Position numbers and translations under genes: made by a program
Notes under the pieces: model-generated
The model's database searches: none
Seen by the model: only the letters and a program-made list of their open reading frames with translations
Told to the model about the DNA's origin: nothing
Shown here: in pieces, positions 1 through 12,590 of the stretch
Numbering within the stretch: the stretch's first letter is position 1
How the letters are laid out: each line of letters opens with the position of its first letter
Assembly: GCA_013265495.1 (NCBI GenBank)
Contig: MU058844.1
Span: 3,419,819 to 3,455,984 of the forward strand
DNA length: 36,166 nt
Reading direction: 5' to 3'
From: Vicugna vicugna
Taxonomy: Eukaryota

Positions 1-244
1 CAAGTGTTCTTGATAGTGTGCTATGGAGGTGGGCATACTTGTCACCTAGCATGTGATGGCAGGATGTCTTTCCCTGGGTGGGGATGCAGACGTTCCAGAG
101 TCAGTGTGTCTAAGTCACAGGGCCCTAACTCAGAAGTACAGTATGTGGGACTTTGAGAAGACAGAGCATTGACAAGTGTGCAGTTGTGCTACAGAAAAGG
201 ATAATAAGACTGAAAAATACAGTTGTTCTTCACATAAGGAATAA

Positions 245-325
245 TATTAGGCTGAATTATGTGAAATTGCCACTATGTAGGCAAAACAGTCTAATATCAA
301 TGATTTCCCATGGTTCAACCCAATA
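245..325. mobile_element. MADE2-like mariner MITE (~80 bp)
   Basis: Degenerate terminal inverted repeats tattaggctgaattatgtgaaattgcc ... tgatttcccatggttcaacccaata with TA ends. Size and sequence match MADE2 as recalled. Confidence 0.75.
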
Positions 326-2439
326 TATAAGCATTAAAAGACTCCACTGTTATTTGAAGTTGTGTGCTTGATGCTACATAAAAACAAAACAAACAAGAAA
401 ACACAGACAAAAGCTTGTTTGCTGTAAATTGGTTTGGGATTAGGCTGCTGAAGTCCCAGCTAGGTAGATTTGTTTAAAATCTGGAAGATAGCTGCTTACT
501 TCCAGGCAAGCTAAAGACTCCGGATTTTGTTTATTTTACTAACACATTTTCTGAAGACATATGTGCTCATAAAGCATTTAGATTTTTATGAGGAATATCT
601 TTAAAGTGCTTTCCTTTATATTTTCAAAGTATGTATCTTCCTTTTAGCCCATTGGGTTAGAAAACTAAAGTGAAGTCACTATAATTATTTGCCTTTCCAT
701 TAATCTAGTGGTAAGTAATTCTTAATCTGTAATCTCCTCTATATATTGGCTACTTTTCTTTTGCGTCTGCATGACAAATCAGACATAATTGTAAAGGAGA
801 TTTGTTTCTATTCTGGCATGAAGCACTATTGTGGTGTGAACTTTGCACATGATTATAATTTAAAAACCTAGTGAAATATTGGAAGCCAAAAAAAGCAGTG
901 TTTGAAGGTGGTTTGGGTTTTTGTTATTGTGGTTACTGTTTATTTTGGGGGATCGTTTGTTTAGTTTTTGTAGACTGGAAGAGTGTTTCCTTAAAAATGC
1001 ATTTTCATCAAATGAGATATAAAAAGGTTACTCTTCAAACCTTATTTTGTGAAATTTCTTAGTAGGAGAAAAGCAGATTTGTTTCGGTGTAAGAAATAGT
1101 TGGCTTCTACTCCTGTTTTGACTTGATTTAATATTATATTCAGGATGATTTATAGGTTAGAGTGTACTGCTGTCTTGTCTGTGCTCTGAGGCCTTCCTAC
1201 TACAGAGGAGAAATGATGGCATACAAACAGTTGGTGTCTTCAAGGCTTGCACTTGTGTCTCTCCTGCCAGGCAGGAAATTTGATACAATATTTCAGGATC
1301 AAAATAAGCTGTTGCCAATCTGTATTTTAAAAGCTATGTTGTAAAAAAATGTTTCTGTAACGGGATAGATACACTGGCTGTCACGTAGACATAGTTTTAA
1401 AATGTTGATCTCAGATTTCTGAGTCTTTATTCCAATTACATTGTCACTTGTCATATCCTGATTTTTTAAATATTATTTAGTTCAAGATTCCCATTGAGTC
1501 TTTTACTATTTTCATTTATTCTGTTAGAAACAGACCAAGGTTTTGTCATCAAAATTGTAAGAGGGCATTTAGCATTAGCATTGACATGTGACACGGCTAC
1601 GTGGGGTGTTCCAGATCCTCCCGCATCCTCAGCCCTTCTCCCCTAGAAGGCAAGCAAGACTGGAATTTCTCTTCTGTATCTTAATATGAAGTATTAAAAA
1701 AAAAATCCTGGCTAAACAAAATTTGTTTAAAATACTCAAGGATTATTAAAGTTGTTATTTTTAGGTAAATATATTCCTAAATTTTGATGTATTTTACTAT
1801 TATTTATCCCACAAATGAACAAAATGAAGTTGACAATCTTGCTAGTATCCTTCTGATTGACTGTCAGAACACTGGGCTCTTCTCAGAGAGCAAGAGGAGT
1901 ACTCTTGTACTCATTCTGGCAACTGTGTAGGTGATGGACATGCCTTTCTTTAGGATTGGGACAGTTTTCAGGTTAAACTAATTCTTCACAATAAACTGAG
2001 AATTTACAATTTCATTATAGGAAAAAAATCAAGGTTTATAGTCTTTTTTGCTCCATCAGTCAAAATATTTAAAGCCAAACTGGATGGAGGGGTTATCCAA
2101 GATACTGAAGACAGGATGTCATGCTGGCTGCCTGACCTCAAGAAACTTAAAACCTAGCTAGAGAGGAATTTCGTTTAGCACAAGAAACAAGTGGCAGTTT
2201 CAGTGTACTTCAGATGCCAAGTGTAATGATTGTCAGTTCGTGACCTGACCAGAGATGGGGTAAGGTTTTGATAGGGACATTCCAGCTGGTGGAAAGTATA
2301 AATGCCTCAGAAGTAACTGAAAATACAGTATGTACCTCAGTAATAAAAGTGCCCCCATCTAATCCTGCGTCTTTACAGTGCCTGACTCACTGGATAGCAG
2401 CTGTGTGGTAGGATAACTGGGAGCACACCCACTCACACA

Positions 2440-3110
2440 CTTTTGGTTCTCAGTGTTTCTTGAGTAATGATGTGCCACTCACTGTTCCTGACTTAAGAAA
2501 ATGTGGACAAAACAGAAACACCTGCCCCAGAGAAGCCTACATTCTATATTCTAGTGGCGGAGACAGGCAATTCACAGATTCAAAAAAAAAAAAAACTGTA
2601 TAGTATAGTAAATGGAAAAAATGCAATGGCGCGGAAAGCACTGAAGTCAGATAGGAAGACGGGTGCATTTGGGTAGTTTGGCCGGGACAAGAGTCATGTG
2701 AAGGGCGACGGTTTAGTAAAGAACTGAAGGAATGAAGGGATCAAGTGAGATGAGTATCTGGGGAGGCACTCCAGGCCAGTGAGATCGTGCCAAAGGCGAG
2801 ACTGGGAGTGAGGAGGAGCCCCTGGAGGGTTTCCTTTGGGGGTTGGGGGGCGTGATCTGACTTACGTCTTAACAGGTTCACTCTGGCTGCTGTGTTGAGA
2901 ATCAGCTGAGGGTGGTGGTGGAGGGGAGCAAAGAGACTAATTAGGACACTTATAGAACAGACAGGAGGCAGGCATCCCTTGATCCAGGGTGGTAGCGGAG
3001 GAGGTGGTGGTGAGTGATCTGATGCTGCATGTATTTAGAAGGCAGGGCCAAGAGGATTTCCTGACAGACTGGGTATCAGCTGTGGGATTCCCTGTCTTCT
3101 TTCCCCAGGG
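2440..3110 (-). mobile_element. LINE-2 fragment
   Basis: Typical antisense L2 motifs (cctgccc..gaagcctacattcta, gtgatctgacttacgtcttaacaggttcactctggctgctgtg). Boundaries approximate. Confidence 0.65.
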
Positions 3111-4247
3111 AACAGTAAGGTGCAGCCCTGAGTAATTTCAGGTTAGCCCAGATCATCTCGCATCATTTTGCCAGAAGGGCTGTTGAGAGAAAAAGACTTG
3201 TGGTTTCCTATCTTCTTTTCTGGGATCAGGAAAGTGATCAGCTGAATCAGTGCAAGAGATACTGTGCTGTTTCTGTGACTTTGAGAAGCACAGTCGTAAA
3301 ACATAGTCTTCCTTCCTAAGTGTCCTTTGGATTTGCATTTTTCAGCAAAGTTCACTAGTTTCCCTTTTGGAAAAATTGTTGCATCAGCCTATTTTTAGGA
3401 AGAAAAGTTATACCCTTTCATGGAGGTTGTCATACGGTATATGCTCTCCGAAAAAATGTTAATGTATTGACAAAATATACGGACATAAAAAGAGTAAAAG
3501 TGCAGATACAGAGAGGATATCTCCATGGATGTTGTGGCAACAGTGCATCCTGGTAACTAGACAACATTGCGTAACTAGTTCAGAGTTATTCCAGCTTCTA
3601 ACTGCTTATGTAAGCAAAGATTTGGAAAGACTAACTTGAAAGAACACAGTGAATGCAAACTTAAATGTCTCAAGACTAAAATTTATAACTTTAAAAGTGT
3701 AAAGTGGTAATATACAATGTATTGTCCCCAGATACCCCATTTACTTTTCCAGGAAAATGTATAAAAATCATGTTGCACAAACCTCCTGCTTCCACTACTT
3801 TTCTGTATGCTAGCATTCCTATATTTACATATAGACAACCTCTAAATTTGGAGGAAGGTGAAGTTGTAAGTTTTTAAACTTTGCAATGGTTTGTAAGGTA
3901 GCATTTGATTTATAAGCTTGGTGCATATGATTTCTGAAACTAGGTATGTTTGTAAGTTTGTTGTTGCTTACTAAGATTTAGGAAAAAGACATTTTTATGG
4001 TATCTTTAGGCATTGGTTCAGTGGCCCGTGGTATTTATCTTCTGCCCACCACCATCTTGAGTGTTTGAAAGAAGATGAACATAGGCATGTGTAAAGTCTG
4101 CCTCTGGACTCACTAGTTGCTGGTGCTTTTCACAGTTTATCCTCATTTTATTAAATGATGTTTAGTTTTAATTTCAAATGATAGTGAATACGTCAGGTGG
4201 GATACAGTGAAACAGTATTTTTTTTATCCATTGACTCAAAAAGTTAG

Positions 4248-4422
4248 TGTGTATACATACATATATTCATTTTCATATTCTTTTTCATTAAAGGTTATTA
4301 CAAGATATTGAATATATGTATGCATATGCATGACTGGGACATTGTGCTGTACACCAGGAAATGACACACTGTAACAATTAAAAAAATAAAACAGAATAAA
4401 ATTAAGGTCACACATTCTTAAA
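4248..4422 (+). mobile_element. Very short L1 3'-end insertion with 5' inversion and 10-bp TSD
   Basis: TSD AAAAAGTTAG at 4238-4247 and 4423-4432. 4248-4316 is antisense L1 3' UTR and 4317-~4390 is the sense L1 3' end with an A-rich tail. Both parts are homologous to the L1 at 16936-17897. Confidence 0.8.
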
Positions 4423-6894
4423 AAAAAGTTAGCATAATTCTAAGATGCTTAGCAGAAGTAAAAAGAGGAATGCTTACCAGGCTTGAGAAGCAATTTTAAA
4501 GCATCATCCTTAAAACAGAAAGAAATGAAGTAATTAAGGTGTCAAAGCTTTTAAAAAGAAGACATACAGGATAATTAACAGAAGTAAATAAGAAAAAATA
4601 CACTTCCACAAATCTCTTTCCATTTAGAATAAAAATAACATTTATATTTTTTTCAGATGCAAGTTAGAAAAAACATCAGAGAAGAAGAGATTATTTCTAA
4701 ATTAGTTGCATCCTTGCTTTTGAAGTACATCATGACCCATATGTTATAAAAACTACCAACAGTTGTGACTGTGATAGCTGACCTTTAAAAAAACGTGTTT
4801 TGGGATTGTAAGAAAAAAGCCAACCAACTAAAACTTTTTAGTCTGTTTAAAGAACATGGCTGGGTTTGTTTTTTTTTTTTTTTTGAGCTGATTAACTAAG
4901 ACAGTATCACTGTAAAAAGAGATTAATAGTGTGGATCAGAGGCTTTCTTTTTTCCTCCAAATTAAATATACTTTCTAATTTAAAAAAAAAAATCATAAGT
5001 CCCCAGTGTTTAACTTTCCTGAAGAATTTGCTAATTTGAGCTTCTTTCCCTTTAAGTTTCAAGGTCACAGGGAAAGAAAGCTTATCATTAATAAGTGTTT
5101 CCTCTTAGTGAAAAGTTTATACTGATTAAATTTTTAAGCATAATCTCACTTAAGTGATACTTTATGCAGTGAAACTGGTCTTTATAACCTGTTGATAAAA
5201 GTGATTTAGGACTTAACTTTTCTTTATGAAATGTAAAAAAGAAGAGGGTGGTGTGGAATTCTACAAAAGGATTTTATAAAACATGCTGTTTGGGAGCCCA
5301 ACAGAGTAAATAAGTTTTTGAATTTCCTTTAGAAAATTAGCACATTTTTGGGAACTGGAGGTTTTGAAGTTCCAGGTATTATTTCTGCCTTCCAACTTCC
5401 TGAGCTACTGTATTTCTAAACCGCCACAGTCATCTGGACAGTCCCGGGCCTGGGAATCTCAGCCGCATCCCCGGTTCCCACAGCTGAGACTGAGGCATGC
5501 CGAAAATGCCCGACAGCCCTCAGCCCACACGTCCAGGAACAACTGGTTCCTTCCTCTTCCTGTGGAAGAGCAACATCCTCTGAGATGAGAGACATGCACC
5601 CTGAGGAATGCAAGAACAGCAGTGCGCTTTTCACACAGGAAATGACTCCGGGAGCCCTCGGAAAGGCTGGTCTCCTGGACCGGCAGCCCGAGCTGAGCTT
5701 CCTGCTGACCTGGAGGAGGGTCTGCCGGAGCCAGATGCCATCCGTGGGCCTGTCCGAGTTCCGTGGAAGGTAGTGAGCCGCGCTTTCAGCTGCTGAGTAC
5801 ATCTGCAGCCATCTGGTTTTGAGTGATTTGGTGCTGCTTATGCAGCAGAGCCGGTTGGCTCTTCTGCTGCTTTATTTAGCCACCTGACAGCTACTTACTT
5901 GGTGGAAGTAGTCAGCAAGTCTGCCAAAGTGAATTTCTCAGTCAGTTCTTTGTGCTACAGGAATAAGTCAGATAATGTAAACTATATTAGGGCTTCAGAG
6001 GGGTTAATATCCTCATAATCTGAGTGAACTGGTATGGATGCCCAGTGCTGGTCTCACCTAGTTCGTTCTGTGCTTTCAGTTTCCTCGCGTTTACTTTCTG
6101 AAATAGCCAGGCATCAGTAGAAGACATCGCACGATGTGCACAATCATACATCCTCAAGCACACATGAAACTCTGTTGCTTTAAACCAACCCACCCACCAA
6201 CCCCTGTCATTTAAAAATGAAGATTGACTTGAAATGACTTTTACAACTAAAGAATGTTCTGGTATAATTTGACCTATTTTCCCCCTAATTCCTACAGTAT
6301 TTTCTTTTTCCTTTGCTTGAGATAATGATGGCCCCTACAAAGGCCAGTTTTTATATCATACGTTGTTTCTAGATTGCTTTCCAAATCACTGCAGAATTTT
6401 GGTGGGTTTCAGCATTTATGGTGGCAAAATTCTTTTACTTTTCATGTATTTGTTTGGATTATTTTACTGAAGCACATAAAGAGTTACTTGTTATTTGTTT
6501 TAAGTTGAGGAGAGATGGAGAAGGAATGCCAGGCATTTCCTCTTCCTTTTCAGAATGTCTTTTTAATGAACATTCCTCTTCCCTTCTCTGAACAAACCAT
6601 CTCAACTCAGCAGGGGGCCTCTGAGTGTCTAGTTTCCAACAAACCAACCTCTGTCCTCTGTTCCCCCAGCCCCAGAAAGGTAGTTGCTTCATGCCTTTAC
6701 TATGTCTTCTCACCTTTGTGCTGCCTTTTAGCCTTTGCAAACTTCCAAACCTGTTTAACTAGTTCCCTAGATTAAGTTCTCTCTGCCAAAATAACTGTTG
6801 TGGTTTCTGTTTTTCTGCTGGATCCTGAATGATCATCCTAAAGGTCCTAAAACATCCTAAAAAAATAATAAGATGTACGGAGAGAGACTTCCAT

Positions 6895-7135
6895 TCAGGA
6901 ATGTTTATTTCAACATTATTTATAACATCAGCAACAAAAAACCAACACAAATCAAATGTCCTTTAAGAGAGTATTAGCTAAATAAAATATAGTATATTGA
7001 GATGGAATATTACATAGCCATATCATGTTTAACAACTAAGTGCGATGTGTGTGATTCTGGATTTGATTCTGGGTCAGTGGATAAACTGCTGTATAGAACA
7101 TTTTTAAGACAGTTGATAAAAATTGAATATGGACT
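6895..7135 (+). mobile_element. Ancient L1M (L1MC/ME-like) fragment
   Basis: Degenerate ORF2-end motif (aggaatgtttatttcaacattatttata...aaatgtcc...atggaatattacatagcc) followed by L1MC/ME-type 3' UTR sequence. Confidence 0.6.
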
Positions 7136-9374
7136 TTACCTTCTTGGTAGGGCTCTGCAGTTACTTTTCTTTCACTGTCTCCCCAAGATCCCTGACCTCA
7201 CCCTAACACTAATTTTCATTTTTTTGTTGTTGTTGTTCTTTGTTGTTGCTTTTTAAAGAAAGAGTATTTGTGGGAAGAATTGTGTGTGCATAAGGTTTCT
7301 TTGCTGTTGTTATTGCTGTTCATTCTCGTGTGTGCAGATATTATTTCCTTTGTGGAATAGTGTCAGTTTCCATCAGATTTGGTTACTATAAAGTGAATTC
7401 TATTTTCCATTGACTTTTATTTTTAAGTAGAGCTTTGTTTTCTTGGTAAATATTCTGTTTATTGGGCTGGAAATCATGGGCAAGGCTCAAGAGCATGCCT
7501 AAGCCCATAATATTTTGGAGTTTTTTCTAGAGATTTGAGGCACTTTTTTTCTTTCAGCTGTGAGCCTGTTTGTAGAACTCAAGCTGTCTCCTCCAACCCT
7601 CCTTTTTCTCTTGCTGTTAGTATTGCTCAGATCACGACTACCCAAAGTGACAAGGGACCTAGTCCCTCCAAGTTCAGGGCTCCTTGGGCTCAGTCCCCAT
7701 CTTTTCTTTGGGAGTGATTATGTAATAGGGTTGTGTTACAATGTGACACCTTGTCCCCACAGGTGGAACTTTCAAAAACATCTTGTAATTCACTTGGGAA
7801 GTTTTTCTCTTTGAAGCTACAGGTTCAGTAAAATGAACCTGTGCCCTATTTTGTCTATTCTCTAATGTTGATATTATGTAAAATAAATTCATTTTAAGTG
7901 ACATCTAGCATCAGGCAAAGTATAAGAGTAAATGTTATTCTGTATTCATAAATCTACATTTTAGGGATAATAAAAAATAATTTAATAAAATTTCAGGATA
8001 ATAAATGATTAATTACTTCTAAACAGAACTAGAAATGCATTAAGATACAGGGAAGACATTTGTGTGCTTTGGAAAGTCAGTTGAAATTTTGAAGAATTTG
8101 ACTAAGAAATGCACTTACCCAGATTTCTTCTTTTAGAAAATTCTGTGTACTTTCTCTAAAGTTCAGTCGATTGTAAAATTACCGATAAAATTCAAACTGT
8201 TAACACTGTTTAAAAATGTATGTTGTTTCTTTTTCAAGAAATTGTTTATATACATTAAGTGTTCTGTGAATTATAAATGCCATAAAACTGTGGCTGTTTT
8301 ACATTTTGGGCACTAATCTATCAGATAGTCACACCCTCTTCCTCCTAGCTCAGGGAAAAACAATCTCTGATATACAATTAAATGACATGAAAAATTTTAA
8401 GCAAATGGCATTATTTTTTTTAAAATCACTATTTTTAAAATCAAGTATACTGATGGGTTTATCAAACAAATGAGAAAACATTTTTTTATTTAAAAATAAT
8501 CTCCTTTTAAATGTATATGAAACTTTATTTAGAGAGCAGTAGTTCTCCCTAAGATATTATGTGATTAATATTTTAACCAAGCATTAAAATTTCTTATTTT
8601 ATGTTATTTCTGTTACTCTGTGCTATGACTGTTTTTATGTATTTACTAGTCGAGAAAAATGACATTCTTGGGGTTTATTGCAAACAGTGTTTTATTTGTT
8701 TAGTTTTAGTTTTTGCTTCGGCACTTTTTCCAGGCAGTTCTCTTGGCAACAGTGGCATTGCTTCTGCCTGTCATGAGTTTTATGCAATTAAGCTCTTCCA
8801 TTATATTCCCCATTACAATTTATTTCATGCAAATATTCTAGCTGCTGTATCCAGCTAGTTACATAATTTTAACTACAGCATTTTTTGTCAATTATTTTTT
8901 AACTAAGAAAAAAATGAATTTTATGAGAATCTAAGCAGTGAATTCTGAATGGAAAGAAATCAGAATGTACTAAAAGTTTTTGTCTTTTCCTCCTGCCTCT
9001 ACCCTTCCTGGTACCAGTCCTCACACCAGGGTGGAAGAGACTTGGATCTAAGCACACTAAGTAGGATTTAGTTTTTTTTTCCTCTGCTCTTTATACACCT
9101 GGCACAAGAAAATCTGGAGTGCTAGTAGACTGTATATGGAGACTAGCCAACCAACTTGTTAGAGTAGAAAAACCAGTGTTAATTCCTCTCCTGCCATAGC
9201 TCTGCAGACCCCACATGAATGCATCTTGACAGGAATAGAAAAATCTCTGAGTAATAACCACAGATAAGCTGGATTTCTGCAGGAGCTGAGCTCAGGGCAG
9301 CGAACCTTGTGGTTTTGAGCATCGTGAAGGGAAGTGACTTGGCCTAAGTCAGAGGCTGGCTCAACAGACATTGT

Positions 9375-9990
9375 TCATTCATTTCTCAAAAATGAACATG
9401 TCAGGCTAGATAGGAGCAGGGGGTTGGCAGGGGGGAGGATGACTGTGGGTTATAGTGATAGCCGAAGCCATCATGGAGAGTTCCACAGTGCACTGCAAGT
9501 ATAAATTGTCGGCGTGTGACTAAATCAGGAGTGCAGGTGAGGTGGAATCAGAGAAAGTTTCCCTGAAAAAAGATGTCTGAGCTGAGATGGAAAACCTTGC
9601 TGTTCAAAATGTGATCCGTGCATGGTTTGCTTGGGCATCATCTGGGAGCTTACTAGAAATGTAGAATCATGGGTCCCACCCCAGTCCTAAGGAATCAGAC
9701 TGAATTTTGATAAGATTCCCAGGTGATTTATGTGTACATTAAGGTTTGAGAATGGCTGGTCTAAAGCTTCAGTAGGAGTTGGGGTGAGGAGATTAGGAGT
9801 ACTGGAGTGTTCTAGGCAGAGGGAACTGCGCACGGGAAGACTGGGTAAGGCTTGGTATGCTCTAGGAACTGAGAAGAGGGGCTGGAGCCCAGGGACAGGT
9901 AGGGGACTGTGGTAGCACGGCAGCCAAGAGAGGAGTGTGGCAGGAGGATGGGAGGGTCACCGCTGTTGAAAGCCAGAGGACTTTTAAAAT
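9375..9990 (-). mobile_element. LINE-2 fragment interrupted by MER5
   Basis: ttcattcatt end and L2-type purine-rich text (ggaatcagagaaagtttccctg...tctgagctgag) that resumes after ~9765. Confidence 0.5.
9595..9762. mobile_element. MER5A-like hAT-Charlie DNA transposon
   Basis: Diagnostic ggcatcatctgggagcttactagaaatgtagaatc...aagattcccaggtgatttatgtgtacattaaggtttgagaa. Confidence 0.75.
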
Positions 9991-10124
9991 GATGAATTTA
10001 GCAGAGATTTTTGGTTACCTTTTGGAGAGCTTTTTCGATGGAGTAGTACACGTGCAAGCCAGTACGAAATGGGTGAACAGTGAGTGGAGGGGGCGAAGTG
10101 AGCAAGGAGACAGCAAGAACAGAT

Positions 10125-10990
10125 TATTATTTCCTTTATTCAAGACATTCACTGAGCATCTATTAATACCAAGCAGTGAGAATGTACAGGTGAAAGGCTA
10201 AGTCCAATAATAGTGATATATGCCTGAGTTGCTATGGGAGCACATCAATAGAGTGGTTAAATAAAGGAGTGTGTGTGTGTGTGTGTGTGCACGCATGTAC
10301 GTGCGTGTGCACGTACGCGCATGTGTGAGTGCTGGAAAATTTGGGTGAGGGACAGAAACATTAATAAGAGATAACTTCCCAGAAGGGTTTGAACTTGAGG
10401 TGATTCTTTAAGAACTTGCTGCCAATATGGAGAACAAGGACTGAGTTCAGTGTTTGCATAGGCAGTAGGGCTGGAGAGGTGCTGGTGAATTCAGGGAGCT
10501 GTGGACATTTCTGATTGGCTGCAGCACTGGGTGGGGTTGAGGAATAGGAAGAGATAAGACAGGAGAGAAAAGGTGAGGCTGGATCATGAATGACCTTGAA
10601 TGCTGTTTGAAGGTGTCTGGCTTCCCCCTAAGAATTTTATGAGGACCAGTGAAGGATTTTAAGCAGGAGAGTGACAAGGGCAAATTTGGTTTCAGACCCA
10701 GATTACTCTGGAGATGTGAGAAGCAGGGGTTAGAGGGAGGTGAGACTGGAGGCATGAAAATTAGCAGGCAAGTGCAGTAGCAATCCAGACAGGGAGTGAG
10801 GACTGCTTAATCTCAGCAAGAGGAGACTGAGCGATGGATCTTGAAGAGAAAAAGTCAAAAGTTCTGTTTACCGATTAGACATAGGAGGAGAGGGAAGAGT
10901 CTAGAATATCTCCCAGATTTGGAGCTCCTGGGTAGTTAGTGGCATTGTTTACCAAGGTGAGACAGAGACGGGGCTTGGGTATGGAGTATC
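10125..10990 (-). mobile_element. LINE-2 fragment
   Basis: tttattcaagacattcactgagcatcta end, gaaggattttaagcaggagagtgac and agattactctgg motifs. Confidence 0.7.
10269..10327. repeat. (GT)n microsatellite extended by an alternating purine-pyrimidine tract
   Basis: (GT)10 followed by gcacgcatgtacgtgcgtgtgcacgtacgcgcatgtgtg. Confidence 0.9.
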
Positions 10991-12464
10991 CTGTTCAGAA
11001 ATACAGATCTGAGAATCTTTACTTGAATGATCAAGCCATGCGGTCCCATAGGATGATCCCTAAACTGCAGCTTCATAGTGGATACAGTAACGATTGTGAT
11101 AAATAAGTGATCATTAATCTCATCTCATTCATCCAGGGGATCATTAGAAGACTGTTTGAATAATGATGGTTGTTTGGTAAATATTGTGACTGAAATATAA
11201 AGCAGGTAAAACTGGTTGCATTATAACGTCTGTGAGTAGCAGGTGTGCTTTAGTGGTGTCGCGTGACTCCGCCCCGAGAACTTCCTGCTCACGCCTCTGT
11301 GTATGTGTTTAGTGTTGATAAGTTTTCATGATTCTTAACCACTCTTTTTAGAAAGTTGTAGAATCTAGTTCATATTCTCTTTGACTCATGACATCTGTGA
11401 AAAGTACTTTTGAACTTTATAGTAGTGTTTGAATATTATTTCTCCTAGACCTTTTCCCCCCATGGTAATTGGTTTAAAAAAGGAAAGAAAGAAAAACAAT
11501 CTTTCTTTATAAACACAGTCATTGTTTTTAATCCTTTGGTTTCTGAGTTACTTCCACCAGCAAAATAAGGAGGAAAACACCCACACCTTTCTATACACAA
11601 AAACATAAGGAAAAAAATACATAGTAGGGCTATCAAACAGTAATACTGTTACCATAGCATCCTGTTTTCAGTTATTTATAATGAAATATTTGTTACTGAT
11701 TTTCTACTTGTAGGCTCTTTGTCCTGAAGATTTTATGCCATAGATTTTCAACTATGTCCAGTTACGTAATCTTTATCAAAAGGTTAAATATTTTAGATGC
11801 AATTAATAGATTTAACTGCTCGATGTTAGATTGGCTTCCTGTATTATTAGGAAATCACTTTTCACCCATTGAAATGATGGGACCAGAATTTTTAAATAGA
11901 TATTGGATCTTTATCTACTGTTTTTAAAAATTATTATATACATTTCTCAGGTAGCTGCCTGAAAATGCAAACCTTTTTTAAAAACTATATCTGAAAATGC
12001 CTTAATATTTTGTTTAGGATTTGCTGAACACTGGTTTCCATTTTAAATACATATTCAGCGTGTACTTGTTCATTTACTACTCAACTAACATTTTTCAGTA
12101 TGGCTCGTTCATGTATTTATTAAACTGTCATCTGCCTATAAATAGCTTATTAATTAATTTGAGAAACCAGACACATAGGAGAATATTTTTTAAATTTGAA
12201 TATAATGGATAAATATTTTTAATTCAACAAGTTGTGTTAATGACTTTATGTGTACCTTACATAGGAGGTACTCACCATATTGTCAACTATCTGAGAAAGT
12301 GAGATGTGTATTTCGCCTTCTAGGAGGGTGCAGTTTAGATTTCAGTGGAGTAGGGAAGGACCTGATATGGTAATATTGGTAATGATAGGTAACTGAATAC
12401 AAATTGTAGATTAAATTCCTTACCTATATTCTTATGATTGTATAATGTAACCCAGTATAATTTT

Positions 12465-12590
12465 CTTCATTTTACAGATGAAGAAACTAAAGCTTAGGGA
12501 AACCAAGTAATTTGTCCAAGGTCACACAGTCACCCATGGAAGTAACAAGTTTAAACCCAAGTCTGTGTGACTTGATGTTCTATCCCTGTA
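12465..12590 (-). mobile_element. MIR SINE
   Basis: MIR core: cattttacagatgaagaaactaaagcttag...aagtaatttgtccaaggtcacacag...tttaaacccaagtctgtgtgact. Confidence 0.85.

Noticed and set aside
245..325. Hairpin as a possible miRNA precursor
   Set aside because: Explained by MADE2 terminal inverted repeats with many mismatches. No expression evidence.
5416..5802. 128-aa minus ORF and overlapping plus ORFs
   Set aside because: Open frames on both strands are expected in GC-rich DNA. No recognisable protein or exon structure.
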